Assembly (NCBI GenBank): GCA_037200925.1
Contig: JBBCGO010000001.1
Span: 317,248 to 381,247, forward strand
Length of the DNA: 64,000 nucleotides
Source: Candidatus Doudnabacteria bacterium
GTDB taxonomy: Bacteria; Patescibacteriota; Doudnabacteria; UBA920; O2-02-FULL-48-8
Direction of reading: 5' to 3'
The notes under the pieces were generated by a model. It made no database searches. It saw only the letters and a program-made list of their open reading frames with translations, and was not told the origin of the DNA. A program made the position numbers and the translations under genes. Shown here piece after piece: positions 49,512 to 57,083 of the stretch; position 1 is the stretch's first letter, and each line of letters begins with the position of its first letter.

Positions 49512-49707
49512 AATAAAAATCCGACCACTTGGTCGGTTCATTCTAGAATTAAGTTTTGCCTACAACTTACATTCTATGAACCGACATCAACCAAGACAAT
49601 ATTAAGAGCGGCCAAAAGGTTTTGGCTAACGGGCTTAATAAGGTTGCTGAACAAATGTCCGTTCATAGATTTATGCATAGAATATAGTAAATAAAATAAC
49701 TTGTCAA
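49512..49707 (-). promoter_or_regulatory. Candidate transcription attenuator B with Ile/Leu/Val-rich leader ORF (49574-49666)
   Basis: TTGACA-17-TATTCT; alternative pairings TCTATGAAC/GTTCATAGA, GTCGGTTCAT/ATGAACCGAC, CCGACC/GGTCGG plus T tract. Confidence 0.6.
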
Positions 49708-49733
49708 AAAAAGACCGAGAAAATTTCTCGATC

Positions 49734-49922
49734 TTAGGAACCCCACAAGGGTTCGATGCTTTCAGGCCAATTGATGGTGGAAGCATTCGCCTTGGGTTTA
49801 TTGCCGGCAGGGCAATTCGCTTTTTGCCAGTCTTCTTTGTTGGGGTACTTCGTCTTGCAATTCGGACACCTCATGCCGCCGCCCTTTAGGTTGATGCCGC
49901 CGAAACTCATGCACTTTGCCAT
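49734..49922 (-). CDS. Small Cys-containing protein (62 aa), possible zinc ribbon
   Basis: GGAGG SD; CPNC plus two further Cys; terminator hairpin at about 49706-49736. Confidence 0.6.
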   Translation of the reverse strand: MAKCMSFGGINLKGGGMRCPNCKTKYPNKEDWQKANCPAGNKPKANASTINWPESIEPLWGS

Positions 49923-49942
49923 CGTTTCCTCCAATTTTGTGC

Positions 49943-50096
49943 AACAAAAACACCGACTTTCCGTCGGGTTTGTTTGCTGTTATCTGACAAGCAAAAACGC
50001 CCGACTAGCCGGTGAAATAAAACCAAAATGAATTGGTGTTTACATGCGCTTTGCTCATATTAAAAACATTATAATCTTCAAACTAAAAATCGTCAA
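49943..50096 (-). promoter_or_regulatory. Candidate transcription attenuator A with aromatic leader ORF (50005-50058)
   Basis: TTGACG-17-TATAAT; leader MSKAHVNTNSFWFYFTG*; alternative pairings AGCAAAGCGC/GCGTTTTTGCT, GTCGGG/CCCGAC, CCGAC/GTCGG plus T tract. Confidence 0.65.
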
Positions 50097-50097
50097 A

Positions 50098-50949
50098 TTA
50101 TTGTTCCAATTTATTGATCTTATCCAAAAAACTGTTCAACTCTTCATTTGAAAAAAATTCAATGGTGATCTTACCCGACTCTCCTGACTTCTGTACTCTA
50201 ACTTTAGTACCCAGCTTTCCTCGAAGCTCAGATTCAAGCGCCGCCACATCGGGATCGGAAGTTCCTCTCGTAGCTCTGATCGCTTTTGGCCGCTCCAGGA
50301 GTTCTCGGACTTTTTCTTCCACCTGGCGGACCGTCATCTCTTCTTTGATGATCAGCTCGAGCAGGGCTATTTGTTTTTCCATGCCCGGCAATGCCAAAAT
50401 TGACCGTGCATGACCTTCGGAAATGCTTCCTTCAGCCAATGAGTTCTGAATTTTTAAAGGCAAATGCAGGAGCCTGAGCATGTTCGTGACCGTCGTTCGT
50501 CCTTTGCCGACTCTTTTCGCCACTTCTTCCTGGGTGATCTTATATTCATCGATCAGCTGCTGATAGGCCAGCGCTTCTTCGATCGGATCCAGATTATGCC
50601 GCTGGATGTTCTCGATCAATGCCAACTCCAGCTTTTTCTGCTCCTCCATAAAATCACGGATCATGACCGGGACTTTGGTCAGGCCCGCGATCTTTGATGC
50701 GCGCAATCTTCGCTCACCGACGATCAGCTGGTACGTACCGTCGGGCAAAGGAACTACGACCAATGGCTGCAAAATACCGTGCTCGCGGATAGAATCGGCC
50801 AACTCCTGCAGAGCCTGCTCATTGAACGTCCGCCTCGGCTGCCAGGGATTGGGTTTGATCAGGTCAATCGAAATTTCCGCCAAATTCAAAACCGGCAGAT
50901 TCTCTGGGGGCGGGACGTATAATACTTCACCTGAATCGATATCATCCAT
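50098..50949 (-). CDS. parB: ParB/Spo0J partition protein
   Basis: NPWQPR, GILQP, GERRLRA, LIENIQR, HTH. Confidence 0.95.
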   Translation of the reverse strand: MDDIDSGEVLYVPPPENLPVLNLAEISIDLIKPNPWQPRRTFNEQALQELADSIREHGILQPLVVVPLPDGTYQLIVGERRLRASKIAGLTKVPVMIRDFMEEQKKLELALIENIQRHNLDPIEEALAYQQLIDEYKITQEEVAKRVGKGRTTVTNMLRLLHLPLKIQNSLAEGSISEGHARSILALPGMEKQIALLELIIKEEMTVRQVEEKVRELLERPKAIRATRGTSDPDVAALESELRGKLGTKVRVQKSGESGKITIEFFSNEELNSFLDKINKLEQ

Positions 50950-50963
50950 AAAAATATTTTAAT

Positions 50964-51701
50964 TCACGGCCGGATCAGCTGATACAGATGGTCTTCCAAA
51001 TGGAAGAAGTCAGTCGAACGCAAGGACCTTGGCCTGGGCAGATTATTTTTTACCACCCGCTCAAGCTTTGCGGGTCTTTGCGTAAGTACTGCCACGCGAT
51101 CCGCCAGCTCCAAGGCCTCAGCAATGATGTGCGTGACCAGCACGATCGTGGTCTTCCGATCGGTCCAGATCTTCAAAAGTTCGTGACGCAGTTCTTCGGC
51201 GGTAAAAGAATCCAGTTCAGAAAACGGTTCATCCATAAAAATAATTTTCGGATTTGTGGCCCAGGCCCTGGCGATCCCGACTCTTTGCTTCATCCCGCCG
51301 GACAAATCTTTAGGATAAACATGAGCAAATTTCTCAAGGCCGAATTGTTTAAGTTCCTTGGCGACCACGCTGTTACGCAAATTTTCATCCAATTTTTTTG
51401 AAAACAAGCCTAGTTCGATATTCTGACGGACAGTCAGCCACGGCAGAAGAGCAAACTGCTGGAAAACAAAACTCATATCCAAATCCGTAATATCCTTGCC
51501 CAAAATCACCTCACCTTTGTAATCTTTTTCCAAACCCGAGGCAATGCGCAGAATGGTCGATTTGCCGCTCCCTGACGGCCCTACCAACACGAAAAATTCA
51601 CCCGCCTCGATCTCCAAACTGATATTATCCAAGATCAAAAGCTGCTTTTTATCTTCTTCAAAATATTTAGTGATATTTTTCAGGGTAATTACTGCTGACA
51701 T
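50964..51701 (-). CDS. ABC transporter ATP-binding protein (NitT/TauT type)
   Basis: GPSGSGKST, LSGGMKQR, MDEPF. Confidence 0.92.
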   Translation of the reverse strand: MSAVITLKNITKYFEEDKKQLLILDNISLEIEAGEFFVLVGPSGSGKSTILRIASGLEKDYKGEVILGKDITDLDMSFVFQQFALLPWLTVRQNIELGLFSKKLDENLRNSVVAKELKQFGLEKFAHVYPKDLSGGMKQRVGIARAWATNPKIIFMDEPFSELDSFTAEELRHELLKIWTDRKTTIVLVTHIIAEALELADRVAVLTQRPAKLERVVKNNLPRPRSLRSTDFFHLEDHLYQLIRP

Positions 51702-51722
51702 TTGTTAAATTAATCCTATTTT

Positions 51723-52451
51723 TTATTCTTCCATGAGTCTGTGGCTGGCATCCAGAAGAGGTATCCAGACCAGCTTATTGATGCTGAAAACAATAATCAA
51801 TAATGCTAAAATTCCCAACAAAGTAATGGTCGTGTCGAGAGAATGGATCTGAAAAAACTCTCCCACTCCGCCGGGCAGTTTGACTATAATTTCTGTTGCC
51901 ACAAGCGCGCCCCAGCCTTCACCCAAACCGATGATCGAACCGGTGACCAGGCCCGGAATACTAAGCGGCAAAATAAATTTACGGAAATAATTCCAGCCGG
52001 ACAGATGATAGATCTCAACCGCTTCCTCCACTTCGTGCTTGACCAACCGAAGCGAGCTTAAAACTGAAAACACAACCGGCCAAATAATCGTCAATACCAG
52101 AAAAAAAATGACTGTAAAATTAGATTGACCAAAATAGTGGACGGCAAACGGCAAGATCGCAAACTCGGGAAAACTTTGCAGAATGTCAAAAAGCGGCAAA
52201 ACCACATGCGACAAAATCCCGCGATAAAAAAGTGTGGCTAAAGACCAGCCTAATAAAACGGCGATCACGTAGGCCGCAAACAGGCGTCCGATAGACATAA
52301 ACATGTCACTAAATAGGCTCAATACATCGAGCTGTTCGACTTTTGCGAAAAAAAGCAGAAATAGGAAAGGTGCGACTATGATCAAAAAAGTTGCAGCCAA
52401 ATGAATTCCTGAACGATAAATTTTGATTCTATGTTTTGGATTTCGGTTCAT
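51723..52451 (-). CDS. ABC transporter permease (NitT/TauT type)
   Basis: Six TM helices, EEAV loop, W..LVATE. Confidence 0.85.
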   Translation of the reverse strand: MNRNPKHRIKIYRSGIHLAATFLIIVAPFLFLLFFAKVEQLDVLSLFSDMFMSIGRLFAAYVIAVLLGWSLATLFYRGILSHVVLPLFDILQSFPEFAILPFAVHYFGQSNFTVIFFLVLTIIWPVVFSVLSSLRLVKHEVEEAVEIYHLSGWNYFRKFILPLSIPGLVTGSIIGLGEGWGALVATEIIVKLPGGVGEFFQIHSLDTTITLLGILALLIIVFSINKLVWIPLLDASHRLMEE

Positions 52452-52520
52452 ACAAAGTGTTGCTTCGCGCTTTGATTATACCATAAAAAACAAAAAAGCG
52501 CTTATGCGCTTAATATAATC

Positions 52521-52606
52521 TGGTGCCGAAGGAGAGAGTCGAACTCTCATGGGATTACTCCCGCGCGATTTTGAGTCGCGTGCGTCTGCCATTCCGCCAC
52601 TCCGGC
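52521..52606 (-). tRNA. tRNA-Leu (CAA)
   Basis: GCCGGAGTGGCGGAATGGCAGACG...CTCAAAA...long variable arm...GTTCGACTC...CCA. Confidence 0.95.
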
Positions 52607-52618
52607 ATGCATTATATT

Positions 52619-53131
52619 TTAGCTTAAAAACCTTTTTTTGAGAAGACGGCGGAAAAACAGCACGGTCGCCAAGGCGATGACCATGCTGGCCAGAACATCT
52701 GACGGATAATGCACTCCGATAAAAATTCGTGCCACCGAAGCCACTGTGGCCAAAACCAGTAACGGATAAAACAGCTTAGTGCCATAAAAACTGAAGGCAA
52801 TACAAAACAAGATCACGGCATGGCCGGAAGAAAATGACAGCCCTTTTTCGGTATCCGATACTATTTGATGGACCGGAAAAATTTCATAAGGCCTCGGCCG
52901 GTTGACCAGCCTTTTTATGACCTCAACGATCAGAAGTCTGGCTACCAAAGAACTAATGATCGCGAGAATCGAATTCCAAAAGTACCGTTTGTAGAAAAGC
53001 AAGATCAATACCCACCCTGCAAGAAAATAGATCAGCCAAACACCGAGAAAAATCCCGACAATATCCAAGACCTGGTTTTTACCGGCCAAACCGTTGATAG
53101 AAAAGAAAATTTTGTAGTCTAGATTATACAA
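52619..53131 (-). CDS. PAP2-family phosphatase (BcrC-like)
   Basis: KRLVNRPRP, SSGH, ARIFIGVHYPSD. Confidence 0.9.
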   Translation of the reverse strand: MYNLDYKIFFSINGLAGKNQVLDIVGIFLGVWLIYFLAGWVLILLFYKRYFWNSILAIISSLVARLLIVEVIKRLVNRPRPYEIFPVHQIVSDTEKGLSFSSGHAVILFCIAFSFYGTKLFYPLLVLATVASVARIFIGVHYPSDVLASMVIALATVLFFRRLLKKRFLS

Positions 53132-53894
53132 ATAGCCAAAAAATAATTGCGACTAAGATCCGATACGTGCCAAACGGGGTAAACGTGTGTTTTTGCACAT
53201 ATTTTATAAAATACTTGACTGCGGCCATTGCCACGAGGAAAGCTACCACAAACCCGGTCAGCAGAATCGAAAGGCTTCCCGATTCCAAGGTCTTATAACT
53301 GTGCAGCAGATCCAAACCGGAAGCGGCGATCATGGTCGGTACAGCCAGCAAAAAAGAAAACTCAACGATCGTTCTTCGCTTAATACCCAAAAGCAAACCG
53401 CCAACTATCGTCGCGGCCGAACGGGACACGCCGGGAATTATCGCGATCGACTGGAACAAGCCGATTATGAAAGCCTGCTGATAGGTAATTTCAACCAGAG
53501 ACTGTTCCAATTTTTCTTTTTGCGATTTTTCATACCAACGCTCGAACAGGATCAGGGTGATCCCGCCCAAAAACATGCTCCACAAAACTATGGAATTATT
53601 GCCCAGAAGATAGTTCTTTACGATCTTGTACAGCACAAGCCCTATCACTCCGGTTGGCACAAATGCCACTGCCAAACGCTTGATAATTTCCCATTTCCAA
53701 AGATCTGTCGAATACAGAACGACGACAGCCAAAATTGCGCCGACCTGAATAATAATTTCAAAACTCTTCACAAAGTCGGTTTGACCGATGTGCAAAAGAC
53801 TGGAAACCAAGATCTGATGCCCTGTGGACGAGATCGGCAGGAATTCTGTCAGTCCTTCAACAATGCCTAAAATTATGGCGTGGATAAAACTCAT
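53124..53894 (-). CDS. uppP: Undecaprenyl-diphosphate phosphatase (BacA)
   Basis: VEGLTEFLPISSTGH, PGVSRSAAT; start at MSFIH. Confidence 0.95.
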   Translation of the reverse strand: MSFIHAIILGIVEGLTEFLPISSTGHQILVSSLLHIGQTDFVKSFEIIIQVGAILAVVVLYSTDLWKWEIIKRLAVAFVPTGVIGLVLYKIVKNYLLGNNSIVLWSMFLGGITLILFERWYEKSQKEKLEQSLVEITYQQAFIIGLFQSIAIIPGVSRSAATIVGGLLLGIKRRTIVEFSFLLAVPTMIAASGLDLLHSYKTLESGSLSILLTGFVVAFLVAMAAVKYFIKYVQKHTFTPFGTYRILVAIIFWLFV

Positions 53895-55126
53895 AAGCCA
53901 GGGGCTGGGAAGTTTTTGGTGAACCGCTTGATTTCCATGCGGACTTTTTCCGTGACTGAATGTTCGGTGATGACAGCCGTGATCCACGACGCGATCTTGC
54001 TCATTTCTTTTTCCTTCATGCCGCGGCTGGTCACGGCCGCAGTGCCGAGCCTGATGCCGGACGGGTCAAACGGCGAACGAGGGTCATTCGGCACCATATT
54101 CATATTCAGGATAATTCCGGCTGACTCCAGGAGTTTTTGCGCATCTTTGCCTCCGATATTCTTATTGGTCAGATCGATCAGCATCAGATGATTATCCGTG
54201 CCGTCGGACACCAGTTTGAACCCGAAATCCGAAAGTGCGTGGGCCAGGGCTTTGCAATTTTTCACTATCTGTTCAGCGTATTTTTTGAAAGACGCGGTTT
54301 TGACCTCTTTCATGGCCACTGCAATTGCGGCAATCGCATTCTCGTGAGGACCGCCCTGCATGCCCGGAAACACGGCTTTATCAATGGCCGTGGCAAATTT
54401 ATCTTTGCACATGATGATCGCGCCTCTGGGACCCCGCAAGGTTTTGTGAGTGGTGGTCGTGACCACGTCAAAAAACGGGATTGGAGATGGATGCACGCCT
54501 GCGGCTACCAGGCCGCCGATGTGGGAGATGTCAGCCATGGTGATCGCCTTCACCTTGTCGCCGATCTCTTTGAGTTTCCGGAAATCAATTTCGCGCGGGT
54601 ACGCCGTAAACCCGGACACTATCAGTTTGGGATTGACGCGATCGGCCATTTTCAGGATCTCCATGTAATCCAGCAATCCGGTTTTGGCTGATACGCCGTA
54701 ATGGACGAATTTGTATGTTTTACCCGAGGCATTGACTTTGGACCCGTGGGTCAGATGCCCGCCGTGCGCCAGATCCATGGCCATGACCGTATCTGCTGGC
54801 TCCAAAAGAGCGGCATAAACTTCCAAGTTCGCGGGACTTCCGGAATACGGCTGGACATTCACGTGCCAATCCAGCGGCAGATCAAAACCCTCGCGCACGC
54901 GCTCTATTGCCAGTTCTTCCACCTGGTCGATTATTTCATTGCCAGCATAGTATCGCTTGCGCGGGTAGCCCTCGGCATATTTATTAGTCAGCACCGAACC
55001 TAAGGCTTCCAAAACTTCATCGGACACATAATTTTCAGACGCGATCAATTCTAAAACTTCAGCCTGCCTGCGGCGCTCTTTTTGGATCAGATCGTAAATT
55101 TGCTGATCTTTTTGCTTTAGTGACAT
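53891..55126 (-). CDS. glyA: Serine hydroxymethyltransferase
   Basis: LIASEN, GGHLTHG, TTTHKTLRGPRG. Confidence 0.98.
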   Translation of the reverse strand: MSLKQKDQQIYDLIQKERRRQAEVLELIASENYVSDEVLEALGSVLTNKYAEGYPRKRYYAGNEIIDQVEELAIERVREGFDLPLDWHVNVQPYSGSPANLEVYAALLEPADTVMAMDLAHGGHLTHGSKVNASGKTYKFVHYGVSAKTGLLDYMEILKMADRVNPKLIVSGFTAYPREIDFRKLKEIGDKVKAITMADISHIGGLVAAGVHPSPIPFFDVVTTTTHKTLRGPRGAIIMCKDKFATAIDKAVFPGMQGGPHENAIAAIAVAMKEVKTASFKKYAEQIVKNCKALAHALSDFGFKLVSDGTDNHLMLIDLTNKNIGGKDAQKLLESAGIILNMNMVPNDPRSPFDPSGIRLGTAAVTSRGMKEKEMSKIASWITAVITEHSVTEKVRMEIKRFTKNFPAPGL

Positions 55127-55219
55127 AAGTTTAAATTAATTCTGATTACACCTTCAAAAAGATGAGGGTCAAACGAAGTAATTTGTGTAATTAGAGTTGA
55201 TCAGAATTAACATAAATTA

Positions 55220-56386
55220 TTATTTTCTTGCAGCCCCAGGCTTTAAAAATCCGTAAAATAAGGTTAAGACTCCCACGAACGCGAACACATAAAAGATATT
55301 CTTAGTATAGTATAAAATCGCTATCGCACCCAGGGCCGTGATTATTTTCCCGACTGCCAGGCTGAGCTCATAGAACACACTATATGCAGTGGCATAATCA
55401 GTACCTTTCGATCCTGCTATCTCATAAGTCAGAGCGATCATGGGGATGTTAAGGAGCCCTTTGGCCGCTTTGGTCAGCGTATCAAAGATCAAAACGGCCG
55501 GAGTATTTACCGCCAGGAACCGGCCGAACCAGGTCAAAGAATAAATCAGGGAACTATTTTTGATAAGCTGCACTTTTTTGTCTATATCAGCGCGGCTGCC
55601 GATGTACAGCATCAACCCGGTGGCGAGCAGCATAGAGGTCGTGCTGATCAAGCCTACCGAGGCCACTTGCGGCACCACGATGAAAATATACACGGGCCAA
55701 AGGCTCATCAGCATCAGATCCTCGGCATAGCCCCAGTATCCGAAAAAATTTGAAGGGTACTCGCGAAAAATTTTCCATAGATCCCGGAATCGGAAATTCT
55801 GCCGGGTATAAAGATCGCGCGACAAGAACAACGGCGCGGAGGAAACAGCCATCAATACTGAGGCTAAGGCAAACAGCAAAAAGAAACCAAAAAAATAAGA
55901 GATCAATCCGCCTATCAACGGGCTGATGATGAGGGTGACCTGAATGATAGAAAATAATAAGCCGATCTCACGACCCTGCTGGTCTTTTTTGTCTGAAAGC
56001 GACACATCCGCGTCAAATGCAGGCCAAAAAAATGATTTCTGCAGGGCAAAAAATACGGGAGCCAGAAAGAACAGCTTCGGATGGAACCGGATGGAATAAA
56101 GCGCAGCCCAGTAAGCCACGTAAATGATATTGGAAATAAAAATTGAATGCTTATAGCCTATTTTACCCGCGATCTTCGCCCCCCAGCCTATCAAAACCAC
56201 ATACCAGCCGTATACATTCACATAAAACCACATGATGCTTATCAAAGAAAAGCCCAATTTATACAGATAGATCGGCTCGAATATGAAAACCAGGGAGATC
56301 GCGAGATTGGCAATGAAAGTCTGCCAATATACCTCTTTCACTTCCCTGTTCACTTTATGAGAAAAATAATGAAAATAATTTTGCAT
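55220..56386 (-). CDS. MFS-type transporter
   Basis: About 12 hydrophobic helices, G.IAGKIGYK loop. Confidence 0.75.
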   Translation of the reverse strand: MQNYFHYFSHKVNREVKEVYWQTFIANLAISLVFIFEPIYLYKLGFSLISIMWFYVNVYGWYVVLIGWGAKIAGKIGYKHSIFISNIIYVAYWAALYSIRFHPKLFFLAPVFFALQKSFFWPAFDADVSLSDKKDQQGREIGLLFSIIQVTLIISPLIGGLISYFFGFFLLFALASVLMAVSSAPLFLSRDLYTRQNFRFRDLWKIFREYPSNFFGYWGYAEDLMLMSLWPVYIFIVVPQVASVGLISTTSMLLATGLMLYIGSRADIDKKVQLIKNSSLIYSLTWFGRFLAVNTPAVLIFDTLTKAAKGLLNIPMIALTYEIAGSKGTDYATAYSVFYELSLAVGKIITALGAIAILYYTKNIFYVFAFVGVLTLFYGFLKPGAARK

Positions 56387-56394
56387 TTTGTTAT

Positions 56395-56454
56395 TGTCAT
56401 TCCCGCGAAAGCGGGAATCCAGAGACTGGGTCCCGGATCAAGTCCGGGATGACA
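56395..56454. repeat. REP/dRS3-like palindromic element overlapping the tsaC stop
   Basis: tgtcattcccgcgaaagcgggaatccag...tgggtcccggatcaagtccgggatgaca. Confidence 0.8.
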
Positions 56455-57076
56455 AACTATTTTTTTTTCTTAATACTTTGTCAATTTGTTTTTCTGTGAT
56501 CGGCCCTTCTCTTAGTATTTTAACATGTCTGCCTGACAATATGACCACAGTTGAAGGTTTTGTGCGCTTTAGCTCGCCTCCGTCCAGATAAAAATCAGGC
56601 TTTAATTTGGATCCTGTAAATTGTTTTTTGACCTCAGCAACCGAGTAGCAATTGGGTTTTCCCGAAACATTAGCCGAAGTTGTGGTGATCGGTTTGCCCA
56701 AACAACCCGACAGATCAAGCGCAAGCTTATTTTTCGGCCTACGAATTCCTAAAGTTCTAGTTCCTGCTGAAAGCATGTCCCAGGACCTGCCTTGGGCCCG
56801 CAGCGGCAAAACTAAAGTCAGAGGGCCCGGCATTAGTGATTCGATCAGTTTTTTTGCTTCCGGCCTAAGTTTGACCAATTTTTCTATCCAACCCTTGGTC
56901 GGCGGGATGACATGGATCGGTTTGTTATAATCCCGGCCTTTTAGGCGATAAAGTCTTTTTACAGCTGCAAGATCGGCCGCATCCACTGCCAAACCATAAG
57001 CGGTGTCGGTTGGATAAACCACGACACCGCCTTGCTTCAAGATCTGAACTGCTTTATTTATATTGTTCGAGCGCAT
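56438..57076 (-). CDS. tsaC: L-threonylcarbamoyladenylate synthase (Sua5/YrdC)
   Basis: YPTDTAYGL, KGR, PGPLT, TTSANVSG, PSTV. Confidence 0.93.
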   Translation of the reverse strand: MRSNNINKAVQILKQGGVVVYPTDTAYGLAVDAADLAAVKRLYRLKGRDYNKPIHVIPPTKGWIEKLVKLRPEAKKLIESLMPGPLTLVLPLRAQGRSWDMLSAGTRTLGIRRPKNKLALDLSGCLGKPITTTSANVSGKPNCYSVAEVKKQFTGSKLKPDFYLDGGELKRTKPSTVVILSGRHVKILREGPITEKQIDKVLRKKNSLSSRT

Positions 57077-57083
57077 GCGAGAA

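Noticed and set aside
49560-49675. 6S or SRP RNA
   Set aside because: Rod is only about 100 nt, lacks a central bubble or SRP loop motif, and overlaps a terminator switch, which fits a cis element better.
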